Shown piece after piece: positions 54,133-64,000 of a DNA stretch of 64,000 nucleotides. Both the position numbers and the translations under genes were made by a program. Source of the DNA: Histomonas meleagridis 2922-C6/04-290x (Eukaryota; Protista; Parabasalia); NCBI GenBank assembly GCA_020184695.1, contig JAANOX010000253.1, positions 186,001-250,000 of the forward strand, read 5' to 3'. Under the pieces are notes generated by a model. The model was not told where the DNA came from. It ran no database searches and worked only from the letters and a program-made list of their open reading frames with translations. How positions within the stretch are numbered: the first letter of the stretch is position 1; each line of letters begins with the position of its first letter.

Positions 54133-56835
54133 TTACATAGGAACAGGGCAAAGGATTTGTTGACCTTTACCTTGAGGAACAAACATCATAGTTTTTTTAA
54201 TTTCGATCACATCCTCCAATAGTCCGACGAATTTTTCTTGTACAATTCTTGTACATGAAGGTGAAAACCAAGCACCATCCATAAATGGTATATCTTTTGT
54301 TGTTCCCATTGTTAATACACAACCGATTAATTCCCTACAACAACATTTTAACAATTGGTAACCACATAAATCTTCTTCACACCAAATAATATCATCGATT
54401 ATTATTGTATTATTCAATAATTTTCGATCATTTTTTGGTATAAATAACAATGGTTCTTTTGAATTCTTTTTTAATATTTTATAAAGTCCCAAATTCTTTT
54501 CATAAGATTTTAATGTATAACCATTCAATGATTCCAATTTTATTATATTATTACCACAAACTTTACAAGAAATGAAAGAAGGAATATGTTTGTTAAATGT
54601 TATTTTCTTAGGAAATCTTTTTTTCATTTCGTTAAAAAATGCATTGAGATCAGAAATAACTTCTTTCATATCGACATTGATCTTAAAGTTATTACGTATC
54701 CAACGTGGGAACTTATCAATGTTTTTCGAAAATCTTGAATCGAGTAAAATTATTGCACCATAATCACCTTTATGTCTAATGCAACGACCAGTTGCTTGAA
54801 ATAATGCTCTATAAGCTTGTGAATCATACCATTCATCTCCATTCATTCCATGTTCATTACCTTCTTCATTATTTACTTTTTCGTCATTATATTGACGTTT
54901 TAATCGAATTTCTAATTCTTGAAATGGTGGATAAGGAATACCAAATATTATAACTGCACGACTTTGATCATCATAAAAATCAATTCCTTCACTCATTTTA
55001 CCTCTACATACACCTATAAGTAATGCTCCTTCATTTTCTTCAATTGATAATTTATAATCATTATATAAATTATCAGATAAAACATCGGAATTTTCATAAA
55101 AAACTTTTTTTGTTTCATTGATTTTATCATATATTCCTTCGTTTATCCAAACATGTAACATATCTTTTAAGATATGATGTGAAGGAAGGAAAAATAAAAC
55201 GCCGCCGGGAATTGAATTAATTAAATCATAAATTGTTTTCCCAAGTGCTAAATAAACTTTATATCCATTATCTGTTAAATATGAATATGTCGATAAAAAT
55301 TGTGTTCCATCTTCAGCTTCTTGAATTGTAAATGAAAGTATTTGTGAAGGATCAATAACATGAGGAGTTGAAATTCGTATAGGAAAATCAGTACTAAATT
55401 CATATGGAAGTTGATGAATAGGTGTAAGTGTACCTGATGAAAGTACAATAGAATTAACTTCATCAGCAATTGTAGTAAAATAACATCCGGGATCCATACA
55501 AAGTGCCATTAATTGATCTTTTTCTTCAGTTGCACCTAATTTAACAACAAATTTAAACGAATTAATAAATTTAAGATTAAGTTTAAAGCATACAGCTAAT
55601 ACACAATAAAGTTGTTCAAGGACATCTGCTAATGCCATTGATATTTTTTCAATTTCTTTGGTATCAGGAATAATAGAACCATTAGAAACAACAAAAAAAT
55701 AATCAAGTGCAAGTCGAATTCTAGGCCATGTTCTTTTAGTCATTCCAAGTGACTCAAAGAATTTTAAGTTATCATTTTCGATATATTCTTGAATACGTTT
55801 CTCTCTCATATAATAAGTTTTAGAAGAAAAATATTGTAAATATCCAGAAAGTACTTTTCTAATTACCATTAAATGTTCATAAAAATCACTGTTTTTATGT
55901 TTCTCCATAAGTCGAGTACAATAAACAACAGAGAAAAGTAAATCATCTCTATAATGATAAAAAGAAATACATTCACGAATAGTATTTTCAATATTATGTG
56001 CTTCATCGATTATTAAAATTACTCCTAAAATTGATAACATCATTTGTCCTTTAACTTTAGGATTAAGTATATAGTTATAAGGGCAAAAAACTAAATCAGC
56101 AACTTTCATAATGGTTCGTGAAAGAGAATATGGACAAATCATTTTTTGTCGACAATAATTAACAAGATCTTCAATGTCAAATTTGCCAAGTGAACCATGT
56201 GGAAGAAATTCTTTTGGTATTTTCTTGGCAGTAGAATAAGGACAACTCTTTTTACGCATTGCTTCATAACATGCAGCATCAGCACTGGAAGCATTCGCAA
56301 CTGCTTTATTAAGACAAATGCGTTTACGTGATGCAAGAATTGTCATTTGAGGATGATATGGAAGCTTTTTAAGTTCACCAACAAGTTGTTTAAGTTGTTG
56401 ATGTGTTCGACTAGTATACCAAACAGGAACGTTATGTCGCTTTGCAACAACATTACATCGAATCATATCTTCGGGTGGATTTGGAATAGGCTGATTTGCT
56501 TGATGAATTTGAAGTGCCGTAGTAAATCCTCCTGGTGTTGGTTCAGTTGGAATGTCAGAATCTTCAATAATTAGTTCTTCATTATGATGTTGATAAGGAT
56601 CACGCTTTTGTGGAGCAATAATTGGATGATGACCAATATACTCTTGGTATCCAAGACATGATGCTAATAATGCTAGTGATTTTCCTGTTCCTGTTGGTGA
56701 TTCAAGGAGAGCATTTGTAAATTTTAAATAAGCTGAAATTGCACCTGACATCATTGCTTTCTGTGATGGGTATGGGTCTTCATATGGGAAGTTAACTTCA
56801 ATTCCACCCATCATAAATGTGTGTTTCCCTTCCAT
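54133..56835 (-). CDS. Fe-S cluster SF2 DNA helicase of the XPD/FANCJ/RTEL1 family (FANCJ/RTEL1-like)
   Basis: PYEDPYPSQ, ESPTGTGKSLALL, SRTHQQL, LASRKRIC, CPYNYIL, IDEAHN, SGTL, RGKMSEGIDF, QATGRCIRH. Confidence 0.9.
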   Translation of the reverse strand: MEGKHTFMMGGIEVNFPYEDPYPSQKAMMSGAISAYLKFTNALLESPTGTGKSLALLASCLGYQEYIGHHPIIAPQKRDPYQHHNEELIIEDSDIPTEPTPGGFTTALQIHQANQPIPNPPEDMIRCNVVAKRHNVPVWYTSRTHQQLKQLVGELKKLPYHPQMTILASRKRICLNKAVANASSADAACYEAMRKKSCPYSTAKKIPKEFLPHGSLGKFDIEDLVNYCRQKMICPYSLSRTIMKVADLVFCPYNYILNPKVKGQMMLSILGVILIIDEAHNIENTIRECISFYHYRDDLLFSVVYCTRLMEKHKNSDFYEHLMVIRKVLSGYLQYFSSKTYYMREKRIQEYIENDNLKFFESLGMTKRTWPRIRLALDYFFVVSNGSIIPDTKEIEKISMALADVLEQLYCVLAVCFKLNLKFINSFKFVVKLGATEEKDQLMALCMDPGCYFTTIADEVNSIVLSSGTLTPIHQLPYEFSTDFPIRISTPHVIDPSQILSFTIQEAEDGTQFLSTYSYLTDNGYKVYLALGKTIYDLINSIPGGVLFFLPSHHILKDMLHVWINEGIYDKINETKKVFYENSDVLSDNLYNDYKLSIEENEGALLIGVCRGKMSEGIDFYDDQSRAVIIFGIPYPPFQELEIRLKRQYNDEKVNNEEGNEHGMNGDEWYDSQAYRALFQATGRCIRHKGDYGAIILLDSRFSKNIDKFPRWIRNNFKINVDMKEVISDLNAFFNEMKKRFPKKITFNKHIPSFISCKVCGNNIIKLESLNGYTLKSYEKNLGLYKILKKNSKEPLLFIPKNDRKLLNNTIIIDDIIWCEEDLCGYQLLKCCCRELIGCVLTMGTTKDIPFMDGAWFSPSCTRIVQEKFVGLLEDVIEIKKTMMFVPQGKGQQILCPVPM

Positions 56836-56933
56836 ATGAAATTTGGAGAGATTCCTTTCATAAACGTACACTAAATTAGCGGTTTTTCACAAAAAGTTTC
56901 TCATACAAAAAGTGGTATGGCTCCAGATTTAAA

Positions 56934-57344
56934 ATGGGAAAAAAGAAGAAGGGAAAGAAGGTAACTGTGCAGAAAAGGGTTTACAAAATTCCCAAGTTCT
57001 TTTGGTGCCCTTTCTGCGAAGCAAAGGATGCAGTAAAGATTACTGTTAAAAAGAAATTAGGAACGGCATCCTTAATTTGTCAAAAATGTGGCAAAGGCGA
57101 ACAAGACATTAAAATTGGACCATTAGATGAGCCAATAGACATATATGATCAGTACATTGATAGCGCCCGTGAAGTTAACCAACAATATAACCCAATAATT
57201 ATAAAGCCTATGGATTCTAGAATCATTGACGAGTCTGACGATGATATTATAAATGATGACACAGTTCTCAGTCGCAAAAAAGATTTCCATGATTCCGATT
57301 CTGATGATTCTGCATACTCTGATCTTGAATCTGAATCTGATTAA
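56934..57344 (+). CDS. ELF1: Transcription elongation factor Elf1/ELOF1
   Basis: MGKKKK..FWCPFC..CQKC zinc ribbon, EPIDIYDQYID, and acidic tail. Confidence 0.88.
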   Translation: MGKKKKGKKVTVQKRVYKIPKFFWCPFCEAKDAVKITVKKKLGTASLICQKCGKGEQDIKIGPLDEPIDIYDQYIDSAREVNQQYNPIIIKPMDSRIIDESDDDIINDDTVLSRKKDFHDSDSDDSAYSDLESESD

Positions 57345-57561
57345 TAAACACAAGTTAAAAGAAAACCTGATATTGAAGAAACATGATATTTTTACATATG
57401 TCAAAATCGATGCCAAAGTATCTGTATTTTAAAGTATGTTTTATAAGAAAGAATTTAATTGGAAAAATTTTTTGTGATTTTAACGGATTGGAGCACCCCA
57501 AATATAGTTGGCCGAATGATTTGGAAAAGTGTCAAAAGAGCAGTTTTTTTCCCATAAAAAA

Positions 57562-58191
57562 ATGCAAAGACTTTCAAATGGAACAACTATCATGGGTTTT
57601 CAGTGCAGTGATGGGGTAATTCTTGGTGCTGATTCACGAGCTACAATTGGAGCTTTTGTTGCAATTCGTGATACAAATAAAATTACACAAATTACACCGA
57701 ACATATATGTATGTCACTCTGGTAGTGCATCTCATACTCAAGCTTTAGCTGATTATGCAAAATATTATCAAAATGTATTAAATGTTTATGAACAAAAAAC
57801 ACCATCAGTTCATACAGCTGCTCTAGTTTTACGAAAACTAGTTCAAGCAAACAAAGAAATGTTACAGGCTCAGATGATAGTAGGAGGTGTTGATGATGAC
57901 GGACCCGCAGTTTATATGGTTATGCAAAGTGGAATGGCCATACGACGTGAATTCGCTATTGGCGGTTCAGGAAGTACTTACATAACATCATATTGCGACC
58001 ATAGATTCCATTCAAATATGTCTGTTGACGAAGGCGAACAATTTGCAGTTCTAGCAATTAATTTTGCTACAATTCGAGACGGCTATTCTGGCGGCCCGAT
58101 CAACATCGTAAAGATAACAAAGGATGGTGTATCTCGTAAGTGGTACAAACCTGAGCAACAACCCTTAAACGCATCAATTGTCAGAACCTGA
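57562..58191 (+). CDS. PSMB6: 20S proteasome beta-1 subunit
   Basis: G/TTIMG catalytic Thr, GADSRAT, SGSASHTQ, IGGSGSTY, RDGYSGG. Confidence 0.88.
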   Translation: MQRLSNGTTIMGFQCSDGVILGADSRATIGAFVAIRDTNKITQITPNIYVCHSGSASHTQALADYAKYYQNVLNVYEQKTPSVHTAALVLRKLVQANKEMLQAQMIVGGVDDDGPAVYMVMQSGMAIRREFAIGGSGSTYITSYCDHRFHSNMSVDEGEQFAVLAINFATIRDGYSGGPINIVKITKDGVSRKWYKPEQQPLNASIVRT

Positions 58192-58829
58192 ATTCATAAA
58201 ACAAAGTTTATATTTCTTTGCATATGTTCTAATTGAATATTTTTTCTTACATACACTTTGAAAATGAATTTTAGCAAAATAATCATCGATCATAATAAAG
58301 AATATTTCGAATTGTTTTTCATTTTGCGCAATTTTTATCAAAGGAAAATAAGTCAATTGACCATAACTAAATGATCATTATATAATTTTTAAGTTTGTAA
58401 ACTATTTACTATCATTATATCATTTTAATGCTTATTCAAACAATTGATTCCCAACGATAGAACCGAATGAATGAAAAATCATCGCATTTATATTCAAAAA
58501 CTGAAGTGTTTGGGAAACCTTTCTGCAACCACTTTATAATATGCTTTACTTAAAACAAAATAAGAATCAAATTGTAATATATAACAAACAAACATTTGTC
58601 ATCCAAAATAACATTTGAATCACGTAAATATTTTCATGGCCATCGTATTCTATGTCAGTCGATTTCCGCAAAACAAAATGTTCAACACCTCCAAAAAGAG
58701 GCCTGGCGAAGCATCGCGCGCTCTGATTTTGCTGCTGACCGATGTTTCCGACAGCACAAATGTCCGCGTGCGACTGCAACAACGTCTAATTCTTATATAT
58801 TATTTCCTTACAAAATCGAGTTCACAGCT

Positions 58830-61800
58830 TTAGCTGAGTAATCGCGTGAAATGTCCGATTGCGTCGTTAGTGTACACCGGCGTGATGTTGGACACTATTG
58901 ACACGTATTCGCTTCCCAATTTCCCGTCGTCGTATAGCTCGAACGCTGCGTCTATTCCCGTCAAAGCGCGTCTGAGGACATCTTCGAAATGTTTCCATTC
59001 GCCTTCGTTGAAGGGGAATATCAAATCTGCCTTTCTTTTCTTCAATTTCTCAATGGTACTTCTTTCATCGTAAATTAGTTCGCAATGAAACATCGCGGCT
59101 CTAAGTATTGTTTGGATATTCGTTTCGTCGATCATATAACGATTTTTAATATTCAATCGAATGTTATGAAGTTCAGTTCCGTCATTTTCGAAGTATTTTT
59201 CGAAGAAATTTATTATAATATTCGATTGTTCATTACTTATCATAGTACCAATAGTTGAAAAGAATTGATCAATAGTTAAAGGAGTAATATGTATGAAACG
59301 TTTTCCGATCCCATCAGTGATTGGAATTATAATATTTAAACCAATATCAAATTCTTCTCGACTTTCGATGTATTTCTTCATCCAATTATTAGTAACAAAT
59401 GGAGAATCGAATATTATTACTGATTTACCATTTTCATTATATAAGAAATTAATGGAATCAAAGTCATTAATTGATGCAATTATCGAATTATTTGTTATAA
59501 ATGAAATTTCATTATTGATATTATTAATATTAATATAATGTTCATTTGAATTATTATTAATACCTTTAATCATTTGTTGAATTCGATTAATAAATAATTC
59601 AAATGACATAACTTCGCGAAGTTTCATTATCGAATTCCATTCTTTAATTATATTATGTTTTGGCGTTTTAGAAATTGTTGTTGTATCAAATGCAGTAAAA
59701 TGTGCAACGCCTTGTGACATATCAATGTTTTGGAATTTAACATTTTGTAAATGTACTAAAAAGGTTTCGAAAAGTTTTAACTTTTCTTGATTTATATTGT
59801 TTCTAAATTCGATTGATATAATAATATATGTGCCATCAGACATATAAATAATATTATTATCGACATATAAAACAAATCCAATAAAATCAAATTCGGTACC
59901 TGTCGGAAGTTTCATTTCATTATAATATATATATGAATCACTAAACTTCTCAAGTAATTTACGTGGTCGATATATCATTGTTAAGTATTGAGGTTGTGAT
60001 TCTATTTTAATAATTTTTGTTTGATTCTTTGAGATTAATAAATCATTTCGATTCTCTGAAGTTTCGACTTGAAAGATTCGATATGCATTACCTTCTTTAA
60101 TCTCATCATATAATTCTAATGGTAATCTCCAAAATGTAATTTCGGCATCTTTATGAATTCCTGGACATAAATCAGTTATAGATAACGTGAAAAATGTCGA
60201 AAACTCATTAGTGTTTTCTGTTATAAATTCTTCTGATTTAGATCGAAGAAATTCTTCTTCTTGAAATTGATGTTTTTCAATTAATGAAATTAATTCTTGT
60301 TTCTTCTCTAATGAATTAATTGATGATAAAAATAATCCTTGATCATTACTATCCAAATATTGTTGTAAGAATTTGTTTGAGTTTTGAACATCTGTACCTT
60401 CTTCTTTAAGTTCTTTTAACCATTCTTGTCGAAGTTTTAATAATTCTTCCGAAAAGTTTTGTTCCATTTTTTGCATATATTCTAATTGTTGTGCTTGTGT
60501 TCGTATTATTGATGGAACATTTTCATCTTTAAATGATTCACGATAAAAATATGGATATTTCTTTTGTACTACTACTTCAATAAATGGTAATAATCCTCCG
60601 TTAGCATATAACGAATTAATATTCACGGGAAATAATGCATAACGTTGGAACCCTAATTGTGAATCCCATCTCGCATGTCGTACACTATTAATTCGTAATA
60701 TTAATTTGGTCGATCGATCTTCATCAAGTGGCCCTGTAGCTTCTTCACCATCAAATTGTGCATTACATATTCGTAACTTCATTCCAATTGTAATTTTGTT
60801 TTCTTTAACTAAATCTAATAATAATATATCAATGATAGTTGGTATAGAATACCATCCATCTGTTAATTCAAGATTACCATCATTTAATATATTCGATACC
60901 ATTAATATCATATAAACATTTGGCGATGCATCACGTTCATATAATAATCGAACACAACTACGTTTAGCTTCAAGTATTTCAAGTTGCGCTCGATATTCTA
61001 ATTCTTTAACTACATTATCAAATGTTAATAATGGTATAGTAATTTGTGGATATGATATGTCTAAGTTCTTTAACTTCCATACAATCCATTTATAATGATT
61101 TTGAACCCACTTCGGCTTTAAGAGAAGGGGATCAAACCCTTTCTCAATTAATGATACATATGCATCTGCATAACCATTACCATTCGGAAATCGATAACTT
61201 TCGGCATCAGAAGGTAAGAAACTGATCTCTTCATCATGGTTAGGCCGCCCATGAAAGATAGAAAACTCTGATAATGTCATTCGTTGGATATCATTTAATT
61301 TGGAGATATCGAAAAATGGTTTCGTTAGATTTGACTTTTGCGGCTTTGGTAATACTTTAACTTGTGGTTGTCCATTATTATTATTATTTGGCGATACAAT
61401 TTGTTTCGGTGGTTTAAACGCATTTCGCTTTGGTGGAGGTGATGATAATAATTTGTTGCGTATTATCGTTTGCTCTTGTGTCGGTGATTTAAGTGATAAT
61501 GGAATACCCGTGGCATGTGATAACGCTACAGAACTTGGAGATAACTTCTTAAGACTATGTTTGGGTGACATCGGTGGTGATAATGGTGCAGAGTCTATAT
61601 GCGGTCGAATTGGTGAGCGCGAAATGTCATTTTCAAATAGTGAACGAGCACGATTCATGGCTGAATCAGACACTTTGGGCATAGACTTCCCATTGGCAAA
61701 CGAAAAGCCAACGCTTTCGTCGGAATTTGAACTGTCCACTTGTAAAAGGTTTTGCGCACGCCGAAGAGATTCTTCAGAAAGTTTTGGCATTGGTCTTCCA

Positions 61801-62987
61801 TTGGCAAATGAAAAGCCAACGCTTTCGTCATTGTTCGAATAATTGCTGTCTATTTGAAGTAGATTTTGCGCTCGCTGAAGTGATTCTTTTGACACATTGA
61901 CTGGCTTTCCACTCGCAAATGAAAAGCCAACGCTTTCTTCAGTATTCATATTTGGTTTATCTTCAATTTGCAGTAGGTTTTGCGCCCTCTGAAGTGACTC
62001 TCTGGATACATTAACAGGTTTTCCATTAGCAAATGAAAATCCTATGTTTTCTTCAGTATTTTCAGTATTAAAATTAGCATCGATTTGCAGTAGGTTTTGC
62101 GCCCTTTGAAGTGATTCTTTTGACACATTAACAGGTTTTCCACTCGCAAATGAAAAGCCAACGTTTTCTTCAGTATTCACGTTGGAATTCCCATCGATTT
62201 GCAGTAGACTTTGTGCCCTCTGAAGTGATTCATTTAACACATTAACTGGCTTTCCATTAGCAAATAAAAATCCAACGTTTTCCTCAGTATTGATATTTGG
62301 ATTACATTCAATTTGCAATAAATTTTGTGCCCTTTGAAGTGACTCTCTGGATACATTAACAGGTTTTCCATTGGCAAATGAAAAGCCAACGTTTTCTTCA
62401 GTATTCACGTTGGAATTCCCATCAATTTGAAGCAGATTTTGTGCCCTCTGAAGTGATTCTTTTGACACGTTCACTGGTCTTCCGCTCGCAAGTGAAAATC
62501 CAACGATTTTTTCAGTATTCATATTTGGATTACTTTCAATTTGAAGAAGATTTTGTGCCCTTTGAAGTGATTCTTTTGACACGTTCACTGGCTTTCCACT
62601 CGCAAGTGAAAAGCCAACACTTTCTTCAGTATTCATGTTGGAATTTCCATCGATTTGAAGCAGATTTTGTGCACGTCGCAGAGATTCTTTTGATACTTCC
62701 ACTGGCTTGCCAGTAGCGAGTGAAAATCCTATGTTTTCTCCAGTGTTTTTATTTGAATTGTCTTCTATTTGCAAAAATTTTTGTGCTCTTTTTAGTGATT
62801 CCTTTGACACATTTACTGGCTTACCACTAGCTAGCGAAAATCCTCCACTTGTGTCATTTTTAATTTCTAACGAGTTTTCTTTATCCTTTTGATCGTTAAT
62901 ATTGATCTCCAATTTTTTTTTATTCTGAAGATCTCCGCTATTCCTTTTGCTTCTGTCCTCTATTTGCAGACTTCTTTTCCTTTGCAT
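58830..62987 (-). CDS. BRCA2: BRCA2 homologue with 11 BRC repeats, helical domain and OB folds
   Basis: BRC-like F-S-L/F-A-S/N-G-K repeats, KWVQNHYKWIVWKL, ELTDGWYSI, LRINSVRHARWDSQLGF. Confidence 0.93.
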   Translation of the reverse strand: MQRKRSLQIEDRSKRNSGDLQNKKKLEININDQKDKENSLEIKNDTSGGFSLASGKPVNVSKESLKRAQKFLQIEDNSNKNTGENIGFSLATGKPVEVSKESLRRAQNLLQIDGNSNMNTEESVGFSLASGKPVNVSKESLQRAQNLLQIESNPNMNTEKIVGFSLASGRPVNVSKESLQRAQNLLQIDGNSNVNTEENVGFSFANGKPVNVSRESLQRAQNLLQIECNPNINTEENVGFLFANGKPVNVLNESLQRAQSLLQIDGNSNVNTEENVGFSFASGKPVNVSKESLQRAQNLLQIDANFNTENTEENIGFSFANGKPVNVSRESLQRAQNLLQIEDKPNMNTEESVGFSFASGKPVNVSKESLQRAQNLLQIDSNYSNNDESVGFSFANGRPMPKLSEESLRRAQNLLQVDSSNSDESVGFSFANGKSMPKVSDSAMNRARSLFENDISRSPIRPHIDSAPLSPPMSPKHSLKKLSPSSVALSHATGIPLSLKSPTQEQTIIRNKLLSSPPPKRNAFKPPKQIVSPNNNNNGQPQVKVLPKPQKSNLTKPFFDISKLNDIQRMTLSEFSIFHGRPNHDEEISFLPSDAESYRFPNGNGYADAYVSLIEKGFDPLLLKPKWVQNHYKWIVWKLKNLDISYPQITIPLLTFDNVVKELEYRAQLEILEAKRSCVRLLYERDASPNVYMILMVSNILNDGNLELTDGWYSIPTIIDILLLDLVKENKITIGMKLRICNAQFDGEEATGPLDEDRSTKLILRINSVRHARWDSQLGFQRYALFPVNINSLYANGGLLPFIEVVVQKKYPYFYRESFKDENVPSIIRTQAQQLEYMQKMEQNFSEELLKLRQEWLKELKEEGTDVQNSNKFLQQYLDSNDQGLFLSSINSLEKKQELISLIEKHQFQEEEFLRSKSEEFITENTNEFSTFFTLSITDLCPGIHKDAEITFWRLPLELYDEIKEGNAYRIFQVETSENRNDLLISKNQTKIIKIESQPQYLTMIYRPRKLLEKFSDSYIYYNEMKLPTGTEFDFIGFVLYVDNNIIYMSDGTYIIISIEFRNNINQEKLKLFETFLVHLQNVKFQNIDMSQGVAHFTAFDTTTISKTPKHNIIKEWNSIMKLREVMSFELFINRIQQMIKGINNNSNEHYININNINNEISFITNNSIIASINDFDSINFLYNENGKSVIIFDSPFVTNNWMKKYIESREEFDIGLNIIIPITDGIGKRFIHITPLTIDQFFSTIGTMISNEQSNIIINFFEKYFENDGTELHNIRLNIKNRYMIDETNIQTILRAAMFHCELIYDERSTIEKLKKRKADLIFPFNEGEWKHFEDVLRRALTGIDAAFELYDDGKLGSEYVSIVSNITPVYTNDAIGHFTRLLS
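61632..62846 (-). repeat. Tandem array of 11 BRC repeats (about 105-nt period for the first nine)
   Basis: GFS(L/F)A(S/N/T)G(K/R)PVNVS(K/R)ESL(Q/R)RAQNLLQI repeated. The last two copies are more diverged. Confidence 0.9.
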
Positions 62988-63146
62988 CAATTATTTATCT
63001 GCAGGAGGAACAGTGAAGTCACTCGAAATTCACTTGTGATTTCAATTGTTATCTGGTCGAATACTGATTTGAAATTCAGACAAAACGAAAACTTTCTCCA
63101 AAATTCACAAGCAAAAATAAAAAAGAATTTGTATCATTTGGTTTGT

Positions 63147-64000
63147 TTAAGCCTTTTCAAGCTTTTCAGCCTCCTTAACGAAAGGAATGAATGTAAGGTC
63201 TTCGGTATGAGATTTAATATTTTCTGCTTCAGCTTGTAAGTCGACATCCGGCATATTGTAGTCAGTCCTTGGCTGCTCTTCTTCGATAATCTGCTTCAAG
63301 TAAGGTTGGAGAACCTTTGGTACTTTGATACCTTCAGGTGTTTGATAGTTTTCGAGGATAGCGCAAAGAGTTCTTTCTGTAGCGCATAATGTGCAGTTAA
63401 GCATATGAACGTATTCCTTTTCGCCGCCTTTTGTCTTTCCATGGCCAAACCTAATTCCTAATTTACGGGATTGGAAGTCAAGACAATTAGAACCGGAGAC
63501 AAGTTCGCGATATGTTCCATAGCTTGGGAACCATCCTTCGATATCATATTTCTTGGATGTGGAATAGTTAAGTTCGCCTGAGACAACACAGACAACACGG
63601 AATGGAATACCAAGTGTACGAAGGAATTCACATGCATTGTTGATCATTTCATGATGAACTTTGTCGGATTCGCCATCATGTGGTGATGTAATGCAGAATT
63701 GTTCGACTTTCTCGAACTGATGGACACGGAAAATTCCCCAGTTATCTTTGCCTGATGCACCAGCTTCTTTACGGAAGCATGTAGAGAAGCCTGCATACTT
63801 CTTCGGAAGTTCGGTGGCATCAAGAGACTCACCAAGATGGAAGCCGCAAAGTGTTTGCTCGGATGTGGCAATAAGGAACATGTCATCATTTGGATCATTG
63901 GTGGCTGAATCTACATGGTAAAGTGTTTCTTGGAAATCTTCGAGTTGGCAAACACGTCCCATAATGTCACGACGCATAAAGAATGGTGTATGGATAGATG
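63147..64000 (-). CDS. SerRS: Seryl-tRNA synthetase, C-terminal part (gene extends beyond the window)
   Basis: LIATSEQ, CFRKEAG, GIFRVHQFEKVEQF, ELVSGSNCLDFQSR, HMLNCTLCATERT. Frame stays open to the window edge. Confidence 0.93.
   Translation of the reverse strand, partial: SIHTPFFMRRDIMGRVCQLEDFQETLYHVDSATNDPNDDMFLIATSEQTLCGFHLGESLDATELPKKYAGFSTCFRKEAGASGKDNWGIFRVHQFEKVEQFCITSPHDGESDKVHHEMINNACEFLRTLGIPFRVVCVVSGELNYSTSKKYDIEGWFPSYGTYRELVSGSNCLDFQSRKLGIRFGHGKTKGGEKEYVHMLNCTLCATERTLCAILENYQTPEGIKVPKVLQPYLKQIIEEEQPRTDYNMPDVDLQAEAENIKSHTEDLTFIPFVKEAEKLEKA

Noticed and set aside
26279-63898. Numerous 60-210 aa ORFs antisense to or overlapping well-supported genes (e.g. 38399-39022, 31594-32028, 61300-61842)
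   Set aside because: Shadow ORFs caused by the codon bias of the real gene, with no independent motifs.
1-64000. tRNA, rRNA or canonical spliceosomal introns
   Set aside because: By eye I found no T-loop/cloverleaf, no rRNA-like tract, and no GT..ACTAAC..CAG intron. A covariance-model scan was not possible.

Overview
AT-rich, gene-dense eukaryotic DNA from a parabasalid (Tritrichomonas/Trichomonas-like). This is inferred from TCAYT initiator motifs just upstream of ATGs, intron-free housekeeping ORFs, DUF3447-type ankyrin genes, a BspA LRR gene and a GTP-type PEPCK. The window holds about 30 ordinary protein genes and a 14-kb block of decayed DNA transposons (6.5-20.6 kb). The main result concerns two ankyrin-repeat genes on the minus strand (452-3179 and 44551-47090) that look like shattered pseudogenes in the ORF track. 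Each is interrupted by short U-rich elements of exactly 17 nt (66 found by hand, one of them 18 nt). They sit at codon boundaries, usually four per ankyrin repeat, separated by single-codon (3-nt) micro-exons. Removing them restores the ankyrin beta-hairpin consensus D/N-x-x-G-x-T-A-L (e.g. N-S-D-G-N-TAL, D-K-W-G-Y-TSL, D-N-D-G-N-SAL). The second locus becomes one uninterrupted 681-aa ORF. The elements begin with RT, mostly end in TT, and only one of 66 is GT..AG, so they are not canonical introns. They point to a fixed-length RNA-processing or ribosomal-bypass system. I know of no description of it, but could not search literature or databases. All parsing was manual, and transposon boundaries are approximate.
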